Below, piece after piece: positions 52,191 through 64,000 of a stretch of 64,000 nucleotides of DNA. Under the pieces are notes generated by a model that saw nothing but the letters and a program-made list of their open reading frames with translations, made no database searches and was not told the DNA's origin. Each line of letters starts with the position of its first letter. Positions within the stretch are counted from its first letter, which is position 1. Both the position numbers and the translations under genes were made by a program. This stretch comes from Octopus sinensis (lineage: Eukaryota), in assembly GCF_006345805.1 (NCBI RefSeq), contig NC_043022.1, positions 22,506,001 through 22,570,000 of the forward strand, in the 5' to 3' direction.

Positions 52191-52343
52191 CACACATATA
52201 TATATACGACGGGCTTCTTTCAGTTTCCGTCTACCAAATCCACTCACAAGACTTTGGTCGGCCCGAGGCTATAGTAGAAGACACTTGCCCAAGGTGCCAC
52301 GCAGTGGAACTGAACCCGGAACCATGTGGTTCGTAAGCAAGCT
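51902..52343 (-). mobile_element. SINE family A, rearranged
   Basis: Family A segments in mixed orientation. Confidence 0.8.
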
Positions 52344-52580
52344 GTCCATAAGAAAGAAAAAGAAATCACTCTCCAAAAGCTGTATCGGCCTATGCTTTTG
52401 CCTTGGATAACATCGGTGGCGCGGAGAGGGGAGGCTGGGATGCGTGGCTGACTGCTGGGCTTCCATAAGCAAATTTGGCCGAAATTGTACTTCGGAGGGG
52501 AACTTTCTTGATGCAATCCAATAGTCATTCTTGACCAAAGGGAGTTTTTACCCTTTATATATGTTATATATATATATATA

Positions 52581-52659
<79 letters not shown>

Positions 52660-52794
52660 GAGTGTATTTTTACCTTGTTAACAATTAACACGGAAAGATA
52701 AATAAATAGTTACCAGGACAGCAAAAATCTCACAAGTAAAGATGTTTATAAAGGTTGAAACTTCGTGTTTACGTTGAATATTTTGAATAATATG

Positions 52795-52850
52795 AATAAA
52801 AAGTCTCCACAAACAAACAGAATTCTGTTTGTTTGTGGAGACTTTTTATT
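52795..52850. repeat. Perfect 56-bp palindrome
   Basis: AATAAAAAGTCTCCACAAACAAACAGAA|TTCTGTTTGTTTGTGGAGACTTTTTATT. Confidence 0.95.
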
Positions 52851-53356
52851 AGTAGAGGAAATAGTGATCAATTTTGGCTGCTATTTCTAATATTTTCGGT
52901 ATGTGGTTTTGAGCAACTTGTTGCATTTAACCCTTAATTATAAATATATATATATATATATATATACTTTTTTTTTATCCGAGGGGAGGCAATGCGAGCA
53001 ACAACCACAGGAACATCACAAAATCCACAGAAAGATCAAACACATACAAATATTCATATACTCATTTATACCAATAAAGCCCGACATTTAAAAATTAAAA
53101 AATTTAGTAATATATAAATATATCATATGAAAATATAAATTTTGCATATAACACCTTGAATTTACGCTTAAAACATTTAGTATAAATTTGTTACAATAAG
53201 AGAAATAAATATAATAATAATAAATAAAAAATAAAGCATACAATGACATATCCCCTCGGATTAAAAAAGTGAATACGGCTCAATAGACCACTTCTATTTC
53301 CAGTCCGTTGTATATCTTAAGCGTTGTTGTCACTCAAGATATAACTTTATATTTTG

Positions 53357-53398
<42 letters not shown>

Positions 53399-53408
53399 CA
53401 TATATATA

Positions 53409-53476
<68 letters not shown>

Positions 53477-54347
53477 TATATAATATATTATATGTATATA
53501 TATGTATATATATATATAGTTAATCCAAACAAGAAAACACAAAAAAAAAAACACAGCAACGCGAGGACGTGGATGAAATAAAGTATTATTGGACGCTCAG
53601 GAAAGAAGAGAAGAAGATATATATATATGTGTATATATGTGTGTGTGTGTGTCTTTTCAATACATTGTCTGGTTTAAAAAGCCACTTCAGATGCCATGAC
53701 GAATCTAAGAGTTGGTCAAACTCTGCGCAAGAAGTAGACAACCACCATATTTTCATATGAAAAGGAAAAAGGTCACCAACCCAAGGCTGGGGATGAAAGG
53801 GCCTGTCATAATCCCTTTTACTCTTGTCTTTCACATTACCTCCTTCGCGGTAGCTACTACACAGAGGAAACAAGCCTGCTCTTCCCTATTCAGTGAAGAA
53901 ACAATCTTAATTATAGACTCGGTTGACAGCTGTATTCTTCTCAGATGCGACAACAGTCGTTCGACATAAACCCCAAAGGTCCGATAGCTTCGGACATTAC
54001 ACAATTGCGTGCAGCACAGTTTCATTGTCCTGACCGCATCTTGGACAAGTTGGCGTGGCTGAAGAACCATGCTAAAGAGTCCCGACTGTTACACAGTTTC
54101 CGCTGAATCGTTTTCATTTTGAACTCTATATATTCTATTTTCAGAGAAATGGAATTTTTTTGACATTCGAAACTGCATTATTTATTGATGGAACTTAGAA
54201 TATCTGTATTTGTCCTTACTCACTTTTTCCAGATCTAATAATCTAGGTTTCGGGATGGTAAAAAGGGGTTGCTTCTTTCCTTAATCATTTGAAAATCGAA
54301 CGGCGACGAAAAATGAAACTGTATGTATGTATATATGTATATGTATG

Positions 54348-54379
<32 letters not shown>

Positions 54380-54468
54380 ATATATATATGTAGGTCCCCG
54401 GGTTGAGTCGGGGTTAACCACAGTAAATAAGGTACTCAATACTTAGCAGAGTAAATAATTTATTTTAT

Positions 54469-54569
54469 AGGAGCTTCTACAGGACTAGAAGTGTTTCATT
54501 CAAAAGAAATCATCAGAGCTTCCTGATGATTTCTTTTGAATGAAACAGTTCTAGTCCTGAGAAGCTCCT
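54469..54569. ncRNA. Inverted pair of degenerate minimal hammerhead motifs (Penelope-type)
   Basis: gagcttc CTGATGA tttcttttgaat GAAA cag ttctagtc ctg(t)a gaagctc, present on both strands as an inverted repeat. Confidence 0.55.
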
Positions 54570-54585
54570 TCTATAATTATATATA

Positions 54586-54618
<33 letters not shown>

Positions 54619-54837
54619 ATCACCGTGACCGACCAGGCTATCGGATGTTGCTACACATCGCTGGTCACAATGCGCTTCGCATTGTTTTAGCCTTCAAATG
54701 ACGCTAGCTAAGCGAGCAGGCCAACAGAAGAAAGAGTGAGAGAAAGTCGTGGTGAAAGAGTACAGCAGGGATCGCCACCACCCCCTGCCGGAGCCTCGTG
54801 GAGCTTTAGGTGTTTTCGCTCAATAAACACTCACAAA

Positions 54838-54980
54838 CTGCAACCCTTTGATTATTATGTGTGGGGCGCAGTTGAGCGAAACCAAAAAAAAAAAAAAAAA
54901 AAACCTTGTAACACCAAAGATGGACTGAAGGCAAAGATTATGGCAGCATTCATCACTTAAACAAGGAAACCCTCCAGAAG
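54838..54980 (+). mobile_element. Tc1/maT-type transposase fragment
   Basis: CNPFDYYVWGAVER...PCNTKDGLKAKIMAAF. Confidence 0.65.
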
Positions 54981-55354
54981 ATATATATATATATGAGAGT
55001 TATATATATATATATAAATATATATATATAATATATATAATATTATTATATATATATATATATATATACAAGCATTTTATAATTATAAGTATAATTATAA
55101 TTAAGGTTCAGCAAAATTGCTTCACCACATACCGAAATTTAGAAATAGCAGTTAAATACTATTCTATATAGTCAATTCAACGAACAAACAATTAAAAAAT
55201 AGAGAAAAAGAGAAGAAAACGCGAACGTGTGGACTTGCACAAGCAAAATATTAATTTGACGTTCGGCGAAAGCAGAGAGTTAACGTTCCTAACATAGCTC
55301 TTCGTTGGAAAAAACCGTCAACAATGCACGTGCGGTTACAAGTATGCCATAATT

Positions 55355-56196
55355 CAGGTGTTCCCAACCATCGTCTGCCAACGGGCCGCAGAGAAATAAC
55401 TTGTTTAAAATTACATAATAGCTAAATTGAATATTGGAATTTCATTGAAAAGTTTTGTTTAAACATTCAATATTCATCTACTCAATATTATCTCTCATAA
55501 TTGCAAGTACATTTTGCAGTTAATGTATGTTTTTATTTAGTTGTAATTTTCAACTAATTTTCTGACCCCAACTAATTGTCAGATTTTGTAGAATTTCAGT
55601 ACAATGACCCAAAAGCAAATGTCACTGAAAAATTTCTTTGAAAAGAGAGAAAGACCCATCGATGGAACACCGGAAAGGGTCGTAGAATGTAAACAAAATA
55701 CCAAGAGTCCTACGTAAAATACGGGTTCATCACAACAGGTGATTCACACGCTCCACAATCGCTCTGCACAATATGTGATGACAGACTCGCTAAGGAAGCC
55801 ATGAAACCTTCAAAATTTCTTCGCCACATGGAGAGCAAACATCCTGCATTAAATGACAAGTCTCTGAAATTCTTTGAAATGAAAAACGTGAACATGAAGT
55901 TCAGAAGCAGTTATTGAAGGCCATCACTTCAACAAATGTGTCTGCGCTGAAAGCATCATTCTTCGTAGTTGACTGCATGGCTAAAACCCAAAACCCCTTC
56001 GCTATTGGTGAAGAGATGATTTTGCCTGCTACGAGGGACATTTGCAGTGAACTTATCGAAGAGGAAGCAGCTAAAAAGGTTGCAACCGTTCCTCTTTCGG
56101 CTATCACCATAACAAGGTGAATTAACGAAGTAGCAGAGCATGTCGAGGAACAGTTATTAGAGAGGATTAATGAGTCTCCATGGCACACAATTCAGG
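55355..56196 (+). mobile_element. hAT Buster/Charlie-type transposon 5' fragment with BED finger
   Basis: TIR-like CAGGTGTTCCCAACC. KYQESYVKYGF...LCTICDDRLAKEAMKPSKFLRHMESKHP, then ALKASF..AKTQNPFAIGEEMILPA...VPLS..TITR. Frameshifted and truncated. Confidence 0.88.
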
Positions 56197-56519
56197 AAGA
56201 AACGCGAATGACAAGTCAATTTATTTGCATATTGATGTCAAAACTCGAGTTTAAAGGTAATTACGAAAATGTTTTTATTTTTTAATTCCCTTTGAAATTA
56301 CTCTTATTCGTCGTTTGGGTTTTAAATGCCCTTTCCAGCATTGTAAGGTCTCTTGTTAAAGACCACCTCTTTTGTGTATAAAAACGTAAAAATATTTTAT
56401 ATGGAAAATATGTTGTCTATTGACTTTATTACACATGCTGGTCGCCGGTAGGAAAATTTTTCTAAATTTTCTACCCTTATTATTTCTAACGCATATATAC
56501 AGGTTTATATGTCCATGTA

Positions 56520-56523
56520 CATA

Positions 56524-56610
<87 letters not shown>

Positions 56611-57981
56611 AATATATATATATATATAGTCCGTGTATATAAATATATATACATGCATATATATACATATATATACATACACATATATATACACAATATA
56701 TATATATGTATATATACATACATATATATATGTATATATATACTCATATATATATCTATATATATACATATTTATATATATATATATGTATATGTACATA
56801 TATATGTATATATACATATGTACATGTATATATACATACATATATATATATACATATATCTGTATATATACACATATATATATATATACATATATATGTA
56901 TATATGCATATATATATATACATATATATATATACAGTATATATATATATATATATTATACGTATGTATATGCTTATATATACATATGATCTATATATGT
57001 ACATATACATCTATACATATATATATATATATATATATACATCTATATATTCATATAGATCTATATATGTACATATACATTTATATATACATTTATATAT
57101 ATACATATATACATATATACATATAAAAGAGTAAAAGAGAATATAGATCTATATATATATACATATATATACATATATATCTCTCTATAGATACATCTAT
57201 GTATATACATATATACATATACATCTATGAATGTACTGTTATATATACACATATATATGTACACACATATACATATACACATATATACATGCATACATAT
57301 ATATACATATATATGTATATACATACACACACACATATATATATATATATAGTATATATATATAATATATATATATATATATACATATACACACATATAT
57401 ATAAATATACATATATATATACATACATATAGCGGTTTTTAAATCAAAGCTGGACATCTTCCTGTCGAGAGTCCCAGATGAACCTACCTCATGGCAAGAG
57501 GTGCAAATGAGGGTAGCTATATCAAACTTCATTCTTCATCAAGTGCCACATATTAGAGGAGGCTCTTAGTAATATCAGTGTAGCACAAAATGCCGGTGCA
57601 TCAGCATGGCTGCAGCTCTGAGCTGAAACAAAATAAAAATAAATATATAATATATATATACATATACATCTATATATATACACCTTTACATATACATCCA
57701 TACATATACATCTATATGCATACATATATTTATACACATAATATACACACACATATAAACACATACATATACATATATATGCATACATATATACACATAT
57801 ATATATACATACATATATACATATATATACATATAAATCTCTATATACATGTATATATATATATATATATAATATATATATATAACTTATACATCTGTAC
57901 ATACACATCTTTACATATACATGTATACATATAAATCTCTATATATACATATATGTGTAGATGTATATAGGACATATATAC

Positions 57982-58012
<31 letters not shown>

Positions 58013-58018
58013 AAATAT

Positions 58019-58056
<38 letters not shown>

Positions 58057-58416
58057 ATATATATATATATATTATTATATATATATATATTATAGATATA
58101 TATATATATATTACATACACATACATACATAAACATACATACATACATACATACATAATACATACACACCATACATACGTACATATATATATCATGAACT
58201 AACTGTACTTCTCAGATGCAGCACGGAGTTTGTCAGTGAACAGGTCGCGGTCTCAAAGCGATGGAAGATTTTGACAAATTAAATTTAGATGTTGAAGTGA
58301 ATCTAACGGTTTTTGTGTGTTTCTTAAATGGCTTATAAACACCTTCCTCGCTGCAATTGTTTTCGTTCCAGCACACGATCTCAGATCAGGTTACTTGCTA
58401 TGCAAGTACATCTCCG

Positions 58417-58455
<39 letters not shown>

Positions 58456-58490
58456 AATATATATATATATATATTATATATATCTAATAG

Positions 58491-58521
<31 letters not shown>

Positions 58522-58595
58522 ATAATATATATATATTATATATATATATATATAATATATATATATATATTATATATTATATATATATATATATC

Positions 58596-58644
<49 letters not shown>

Positions 58645-58808
58645 ATATATATTATTATATTATATATATATATTATATATATATATAATATATATATATA
58701 TAACATATAATATATATGTTATATATATATATATTATGTTATATATATATATATTATATATATATATATAGATATATTATATATATTATATATATATATA
58801 TATCTTAA

Positions 58809-58847
<39 letters not shown>

Positions 58848-58960
58848 TACTATATCTATAGATATATATATATTATATTGTATATATATATATTATATTA
58901 TATATATATATATTATTATATATATGTTATATATATATATATGCATATGCATGTATATAT
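56520..58960. repeat. Long (ATCT)n/(TA)n/(TACA)n low-complexity field
   Basis: Read directly. Interrupted by inserts at 57432 and 58190. Confidence 0.95.
57432..57643 (+). mobile_element. CR1/L2-group LINE extreme 3' end
   Basis: AVFKSKLDIFLSRVPDEPT...AISNFILHQ then stop (FKxxLDxFLxxxPDxP motif), short 3' UTR and (AAAAT)n-like tail. Confidence 0.75.
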
Positions 58961-59099
58961 GTGAGATAATTGTTTCAGTATTAATAGTGAAGCTATTAAA
59001 GCTGAAAGTATTATATTACATTACAATAGGGATGTTATTGTTTCACTTTTGACACGTAATACTGAAATAGTACAAGAGATAAAAGATTACTCCGCGCTC

Positions 59100-60481
59100 G
59101 CATTAGGCAAGAGGTTGGAGAAGAACTGGAGCGAGGTGACGAGCAGAGTAGCCACTCTCGCCCAGAAATGGGCCGAGAGGAAGCTATCCTTGAAATGTCG
59201 AGCAGTGGTGGAGAACACATACGTCGCCTCGGTCATTTACTACCGCCTCACCCACGTGTCTTGCTCCAGTTCGTACATGGTCAAGCTGGAGCGTTTGCTT
59301 TTCCGCCTCTTATGGAAGGGACAGACTCCGCCGGCCAGACGCTTCATTTGCTATCGACACCCTATGAACGGTGGGCCGGGTACGCCATGGCTATTGATGT
59401 GCAGACATACACTGAGGCTGCGGCACATCCAGCGTTTCCTCGACGACGGTGAGCAGGTGTGGTCGCCGTTTGTCAGACTTGCTTTCCCGCAGCTCGTCAC
59501 TTTGACTGAGCTACAATCTTTGATGAAGCGTAGACCGAGGTTGGGCGTCTGGCACCTTGAGTATCGCCAGGTGCTCACGCTGCTCAGCCAATCGGGCAAT
59601 GCGGTTAGTGGAAGTTCTAAGTCTCGGGGAGACTCTAGGCGTTTGTGAATTTCAACTCGCCAGTCTGTTCCGGAGAACTTTCGGGCCGGGGCTTATGGAT
59701 AACTTCCAGAAATCCCTTCCCTGGCACTGCTACCAGGGGGCTTTACGTGTTCGAGATAAACTCTACAGGCACGGAAGTGCCTGTAGAGATGTGCGCAGAA
59801 CAATGAATATGCGCAGAGCAACGAAACCGTTCTGCACGCACTCGTCCAGAACTCGAGCATATCTGATATATGGGTTTATGTCGAACATATGCTGTCACAT
59901 ATAGGACGCTTGTCGTCTGATTTCGCCATGAAGATTGCCCCGCCGCCTTCCTTTGACCGGCAAAGGAAAGTAATTTTCATCTGCCTTTTGGCTGTAGCGA
60001 AAGAGCTTGTGTGGTGGACTAGACTGAAAGGGTTGAAGACAGATACTTTCTTCTATGGTCTACCCCTCATCAACTTTTTCAGATACCATCTGAAAAGGAA
60101 AGTGAGGATTGACAGAGAAGTGCTGACTTCCGGAAAATTTGTTAGAAGATGGGTGAATGTGGCGAAGATGGTCCGCGTAAACGGGCCTACTTTGAGCAAG
60201 CGTTTTTGAGTTTCCAAGGCTGAGAGAGAGGGAGAGAAAGATGGGAAGAGGGCTCTTGCTCTAGTGGTCGGGGAGATTGTGGAATTTTCGTGGGGGTCTA
60301 CATGAGTAGCCCTGAGTTGCTTGCCTCTTTTAGGCATTTTGTTTGTTATACTTTTCATTGTTATCGACTTTTTACACGATACTTCATGTAATCCCATTTT
60401 GTCCATCATGTTTTGTATTGTTTAATCTTATTTTTATCGTCCCTTGTTGCTAATAAAGAAAGGATTATTATATTATTATTA

Positions 60482-60520
<39 letters not shown>
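59100..60520 (+). mobile_element. L1/Tx1-clade LINE ORF2 C-terminus, 3' UTR and (TTA)n tail
   Basis: WAERKLSLKCRAVVENTYVASVIYYRL...FRLLWKG...HPMNGGPGTP plus a NETVLHALV knuckle remnant. AATAAA followed by a (TTA)n tail. Confidence 0.88.
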
Positions 60521-60521
<1 letters not shown>

Positions 60522-60983
60522 GTATGGTGGACCCGTTTGAAAGGGCTAAGGTCAAACATTTCCTCTTTGGCCCAGGCCTCATCAACTTTTTCAAGTTTCA
60601 CTTGAAGAGGAAGATGAGAGTAGAGAGAGGGAAGTGCTGTCTGATAGCAAGTTTACTGAAAGGTGGGTAAATGTCGCAAGAATGGCCAATATGAATGGAC
60701 CAATTCTGAGGATTCACCTGTGATTTAAAAAGGTAATATAAAAGGAGAAAGGTACTCTACCCCCCTTTTGACCCGGCTCCCGTGGCTTTTATGGGTTTTT
60801 CCACGAGCAACCTTTCGAAGCGCCACCCCCGTATTGGGAGTTTTTCATTGTTAAATATTTTCGTTGTTGTACAGTTTTTTACACGGACTTTTGAAACGGA
60901 CAAAACCCTTTGTAACTTTCGTCCTGTGTTTTGTCCCTTTATCTTATAATTAATTTTTGTCAGCCCCTGTGGCCAATAAAAGA

Positions 60984-61052
<69 letters not shown>
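60522..61052 (+). mobile_element. Second, related L1/Tx1 3' fragment
   Basis: LINFFKFHLKRKMRVER parallels LINFFRYHLKRKVRIDR of the preceding copy. Has its own AATAAA and (TTA)n tail. Confidence 0.8.
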
Positions 61053-62006
61053 TCATCATCATCATCATCATCATCATTATTATTATTATCATCAGCGGCA
61101 AATCTAAATAATTGATAATAACAACAATGATAACATTAGTGGAAGCAATACCATTTCTTAAATATAGCCACGAAACACGTGTTGTTATTCTACCAAATAT
61201 ATACGTTTTATTTATTATTTTGCACATTACTTAATCATTGTTATATGTTTTATATTATGTTTAATGTTTCTATAAGATGTAATTTTTCTAAATGGTATAA
61301 TTTAATTTTTCATTTTTGAATTGATAAAAGGTGTTTTTTTTCTAATTTATATATATATATATATATATATCATCATTTTCTTTCTGAAATTTGATTCAGT
61401 ATTTCTAAATTGAATTTCTTCCTGTAAGTTTGGAATAATATTCCCTCATAAAATTATTATCATTACATTATTATATATATACTATTATATAGATATATAT
61501 ATATATATATATATATATATCTATAATATATATATATATAGCTATATGTATGTATGTATATATAGATATATATATATAGGGAGGTGCAAAGGTTTCGATT
61601 CCCAGAGCGGGCGTTTGTGTGTGTTTATTGAGCGAAAAGACCTAGGCTCCACGAGGCTCCGTCAGGGGGGGGGCGACCCCTGTTGTACTCTTTCGTTCCA
61701 ACTTTGTCCCACTCTTTCTTGCTGTTTCTTGAGTAATGCTGGGGGAACGCATACGCCATAGAAACCGGGAAACTGGACCCATGAGCCTGGCTAGGCTTGA
61801 AAAGGGCGCATAAATAAATAAAAAATATATATACACACATATATATACACACACACATATATACATGCGTACATACGTCTCTCTCTCTCTCTAAATATAT
61901 ATATAAATGTATATGTATATATATAATTATATATATATATATGCATATATATATATATACATGTGTGAATGCGTGTATGTGGCGCGGCTGCTATGATTTG
62001 TTTGTA

Positions 62007-62038
<32 letters not shown>

Positions 62039-62651
62039 CGCATGCATGTATATATACGCGTGTACATTTGTATGTATATCTGTAAAAGTACGTATGTGTA
62101 GGTGTTTGATAAGAGCAAGGCGGCAGGTTTCCTCTCTGCTATTGACTTATATCTCACTACAACACGGGTGTTTAAGTACACTGCAACAACAACAACAGCA
62201 GCAACAGATACCATCAATACCCATACATATATACATACATACGTACGTACATACGCTAACAGACGCTATGAAAACAACACTAACGCCAACACCGGTTTGA
62301 ATAACAGAAACAAACAGCAATAACAACAGACAACAACATCCCTGAAGAGAAAAAAGTTCATTACACAATCGATGAATTCTGTGCCTCCTGGGAATTGCTA
62401 TTGAAAAGTTGATGGTGGTTTTATAGAGAAACTTATGACAGAAGACGTCTTGGTAGAAGAGTTTTGATGATAGAGACTGGGTTAGCGACAGACTGAGAGA
62501 CAAGGCAGACGAAGAGGACCACCGGCTTTGATGCACTTACTAGGTATGACAACAGGAGACTAGTGTGGCAAATATATGCAGTGGTTAAATCTGTGACAGA
62601 AGCCATGTTGTTTGAAGAAGAACAGTTGTGGTGTTAGAAAGTGAGAGAGAA

Positions 62652-62751
62652 NNNNNNNNNNNNNNNNNNNNNNNNNNNNNNNNNNNNNNNNNNNNNNNNN
62701 NNNNNNNNNNNNNNNNNNNNNNNNNNNNNNNNNNNNNNNNNNNNNNNNNNN
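62652..62751. other. Assembly gap (100 N)
   Basis: Run of N. Confidence 1.
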
Positions 62752-63245
62752 TCCGTCAGATACTGGAGCCGGTGTAATCGAATAGTTGCCAACCCCCAAA
62801 TTTCAGGCCTTGTGCCTATAGTAGAAGAATTACTTTGTCTATCCTTCTGTTTCTAACAGACAGTGAAATCGATATAATCCAGGAAAAGAAAAAATGATTT
62901 AAACGTTGTTGTCTGAGAAAAGACTAGCTGCATCTAGTTTACCAAAAGCCGGAACAACAGTCAAAGAATTCTAAAGCATACGAAAGAACTAGTAGAATTA
63001 CTCGCTGAAAAAATATTTTCTATGTATTTTGGAACAACCAGAAAGGAAGAATGGCTGTTGGAGCCAAATAGAAAGCTCTCGAGGGTGAATTCTTGGTATA
63101 CTGTACGATGGTACTAATTCCTAGATGTAAGAGAATAACATCCGTGTGTTAATCGAAGGAAGTATTCTGCTAATGCGCGCCGTTCTCTGTTTCTCGTCGT
63201 TCTAAATATGGACGAACTGAGAGAATTCCTTTTCTAAAATCAGTT

Positions 63246-63283
<38 letters not shown>

Positions 63284-63490
63284 CGTGCGCGCATCACTCG
63301 GTCAGCCTATCTGAAGATCACCAATATTACCAAGTGCAATAGACGCTGCGAACCGACGGTAACATTCTGACCAGACCATTCGTACGCCATAACCAATAAT
63401 TACTGCTCAACAATACTACACCAACACACACACACACCACACACCACACACACACACCCACACATATATATATATATCTTCCTTCTTTAT

Positions 63491-63525
63491 GTTTCCGACG
63501 AAGAGCTCCGCTCGAAACGTCATAC
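63491..63525 (+). ncRNA. Degenerate minimal hammerhead motif in a Penelope-like terminal repeat
   Basis: gttt CCGACGA agagc tcc gctc GAAA cGTC atac. The core has C in place of U. Related repeat sequence lies on the minus strand near 53520-53610 and 55195-55310. Confidence 0.5.
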
Positions 63526-64000
63526 CTCCCTGCTTCCATCTCCTGATCGCCTATTAATAATATACTGTAATTGTTCCTGTTGTTGTTGTTTTTTTGTTTC
63601 CCTTTTGGATTAAATTATACCACTGCGCGCCTACACGGGACCCCTGTACCTTGGATACCCACTCTCGATTTTTTGCACCTACGGATTATTGTTACCATTC
63701 TTCCTGACCTACGGATCACCTGCAACCTTCTTCCGGAGTAACCGCTTACCGTGATGTAAACAATTACTTAATCTGTCCGTTGACTCTCAAATCTCTTTCC
63801 TGACTTTTTTTCAACTTTTTTCTATTGTTTTCAACTGTCTTCACCCTTTTTCTTCTTTCGTTGTTTTCCTGTTGTCTCTTCTCTCCTTTTTCCTGCTTCG
63901 CCACCACCCCTTACCACACCTGTACCTGTTTGCCACACCTCTCATCATGCCGACTTGCACTCGTTCGTCCCACACCTCAATCCCTCCTCAGCCCTACTCT

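Noticed and set aside
56509-58525. Many YI/IY-repeat ORFs (also at 10 kb, 40.5-43.7 kb, 53 kb and 62 kb)
   Set aside because: These are (TA)n and (CA)n microsatellites.

Overview
This is AT-rich, repeat-dense animal genomic DNA, most likely from an Octopus species, inferred from its tRNA-derived SINE families and microsatellite load. The only well-supported gene is the 3' part of WDR33, the AAUAAA-reading CPSF subunit, on the + strand. It has nine GT-AG coding exons from 26610 to the stop at 40448 (2380 nt, frame continuous) and a 3' UTR to about 41.55 kb. I found no upstream WDR33 exon in 1-26609, so that stretch is probably one intron of more than 26 kb, at the position of human intron 6, which is known to host intronic polyadenylation. 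The best lead is a roughly 85-nt element (hairpin, variant poly(A) hexamers and AATAAA) that occurs twice: at a poly(A)-signal cluster inside that intron (1824-1910) and at the terminal poly(A) region (41459-41536). The same intron holds a CpG-retaining promoter-like patch and two candidate small exons in frame with the first WD40 exon. The remainder is SINEs, MITEs, Helitrons, mariner/hAT/LINE relics, fold-back repeats, degenerate hammerhead ribozymes and microsatellites, plus one 100-N gap. Repeat boundaries are approximate and were read by eye. Exon numbers follow human equivalence recalled from memory.
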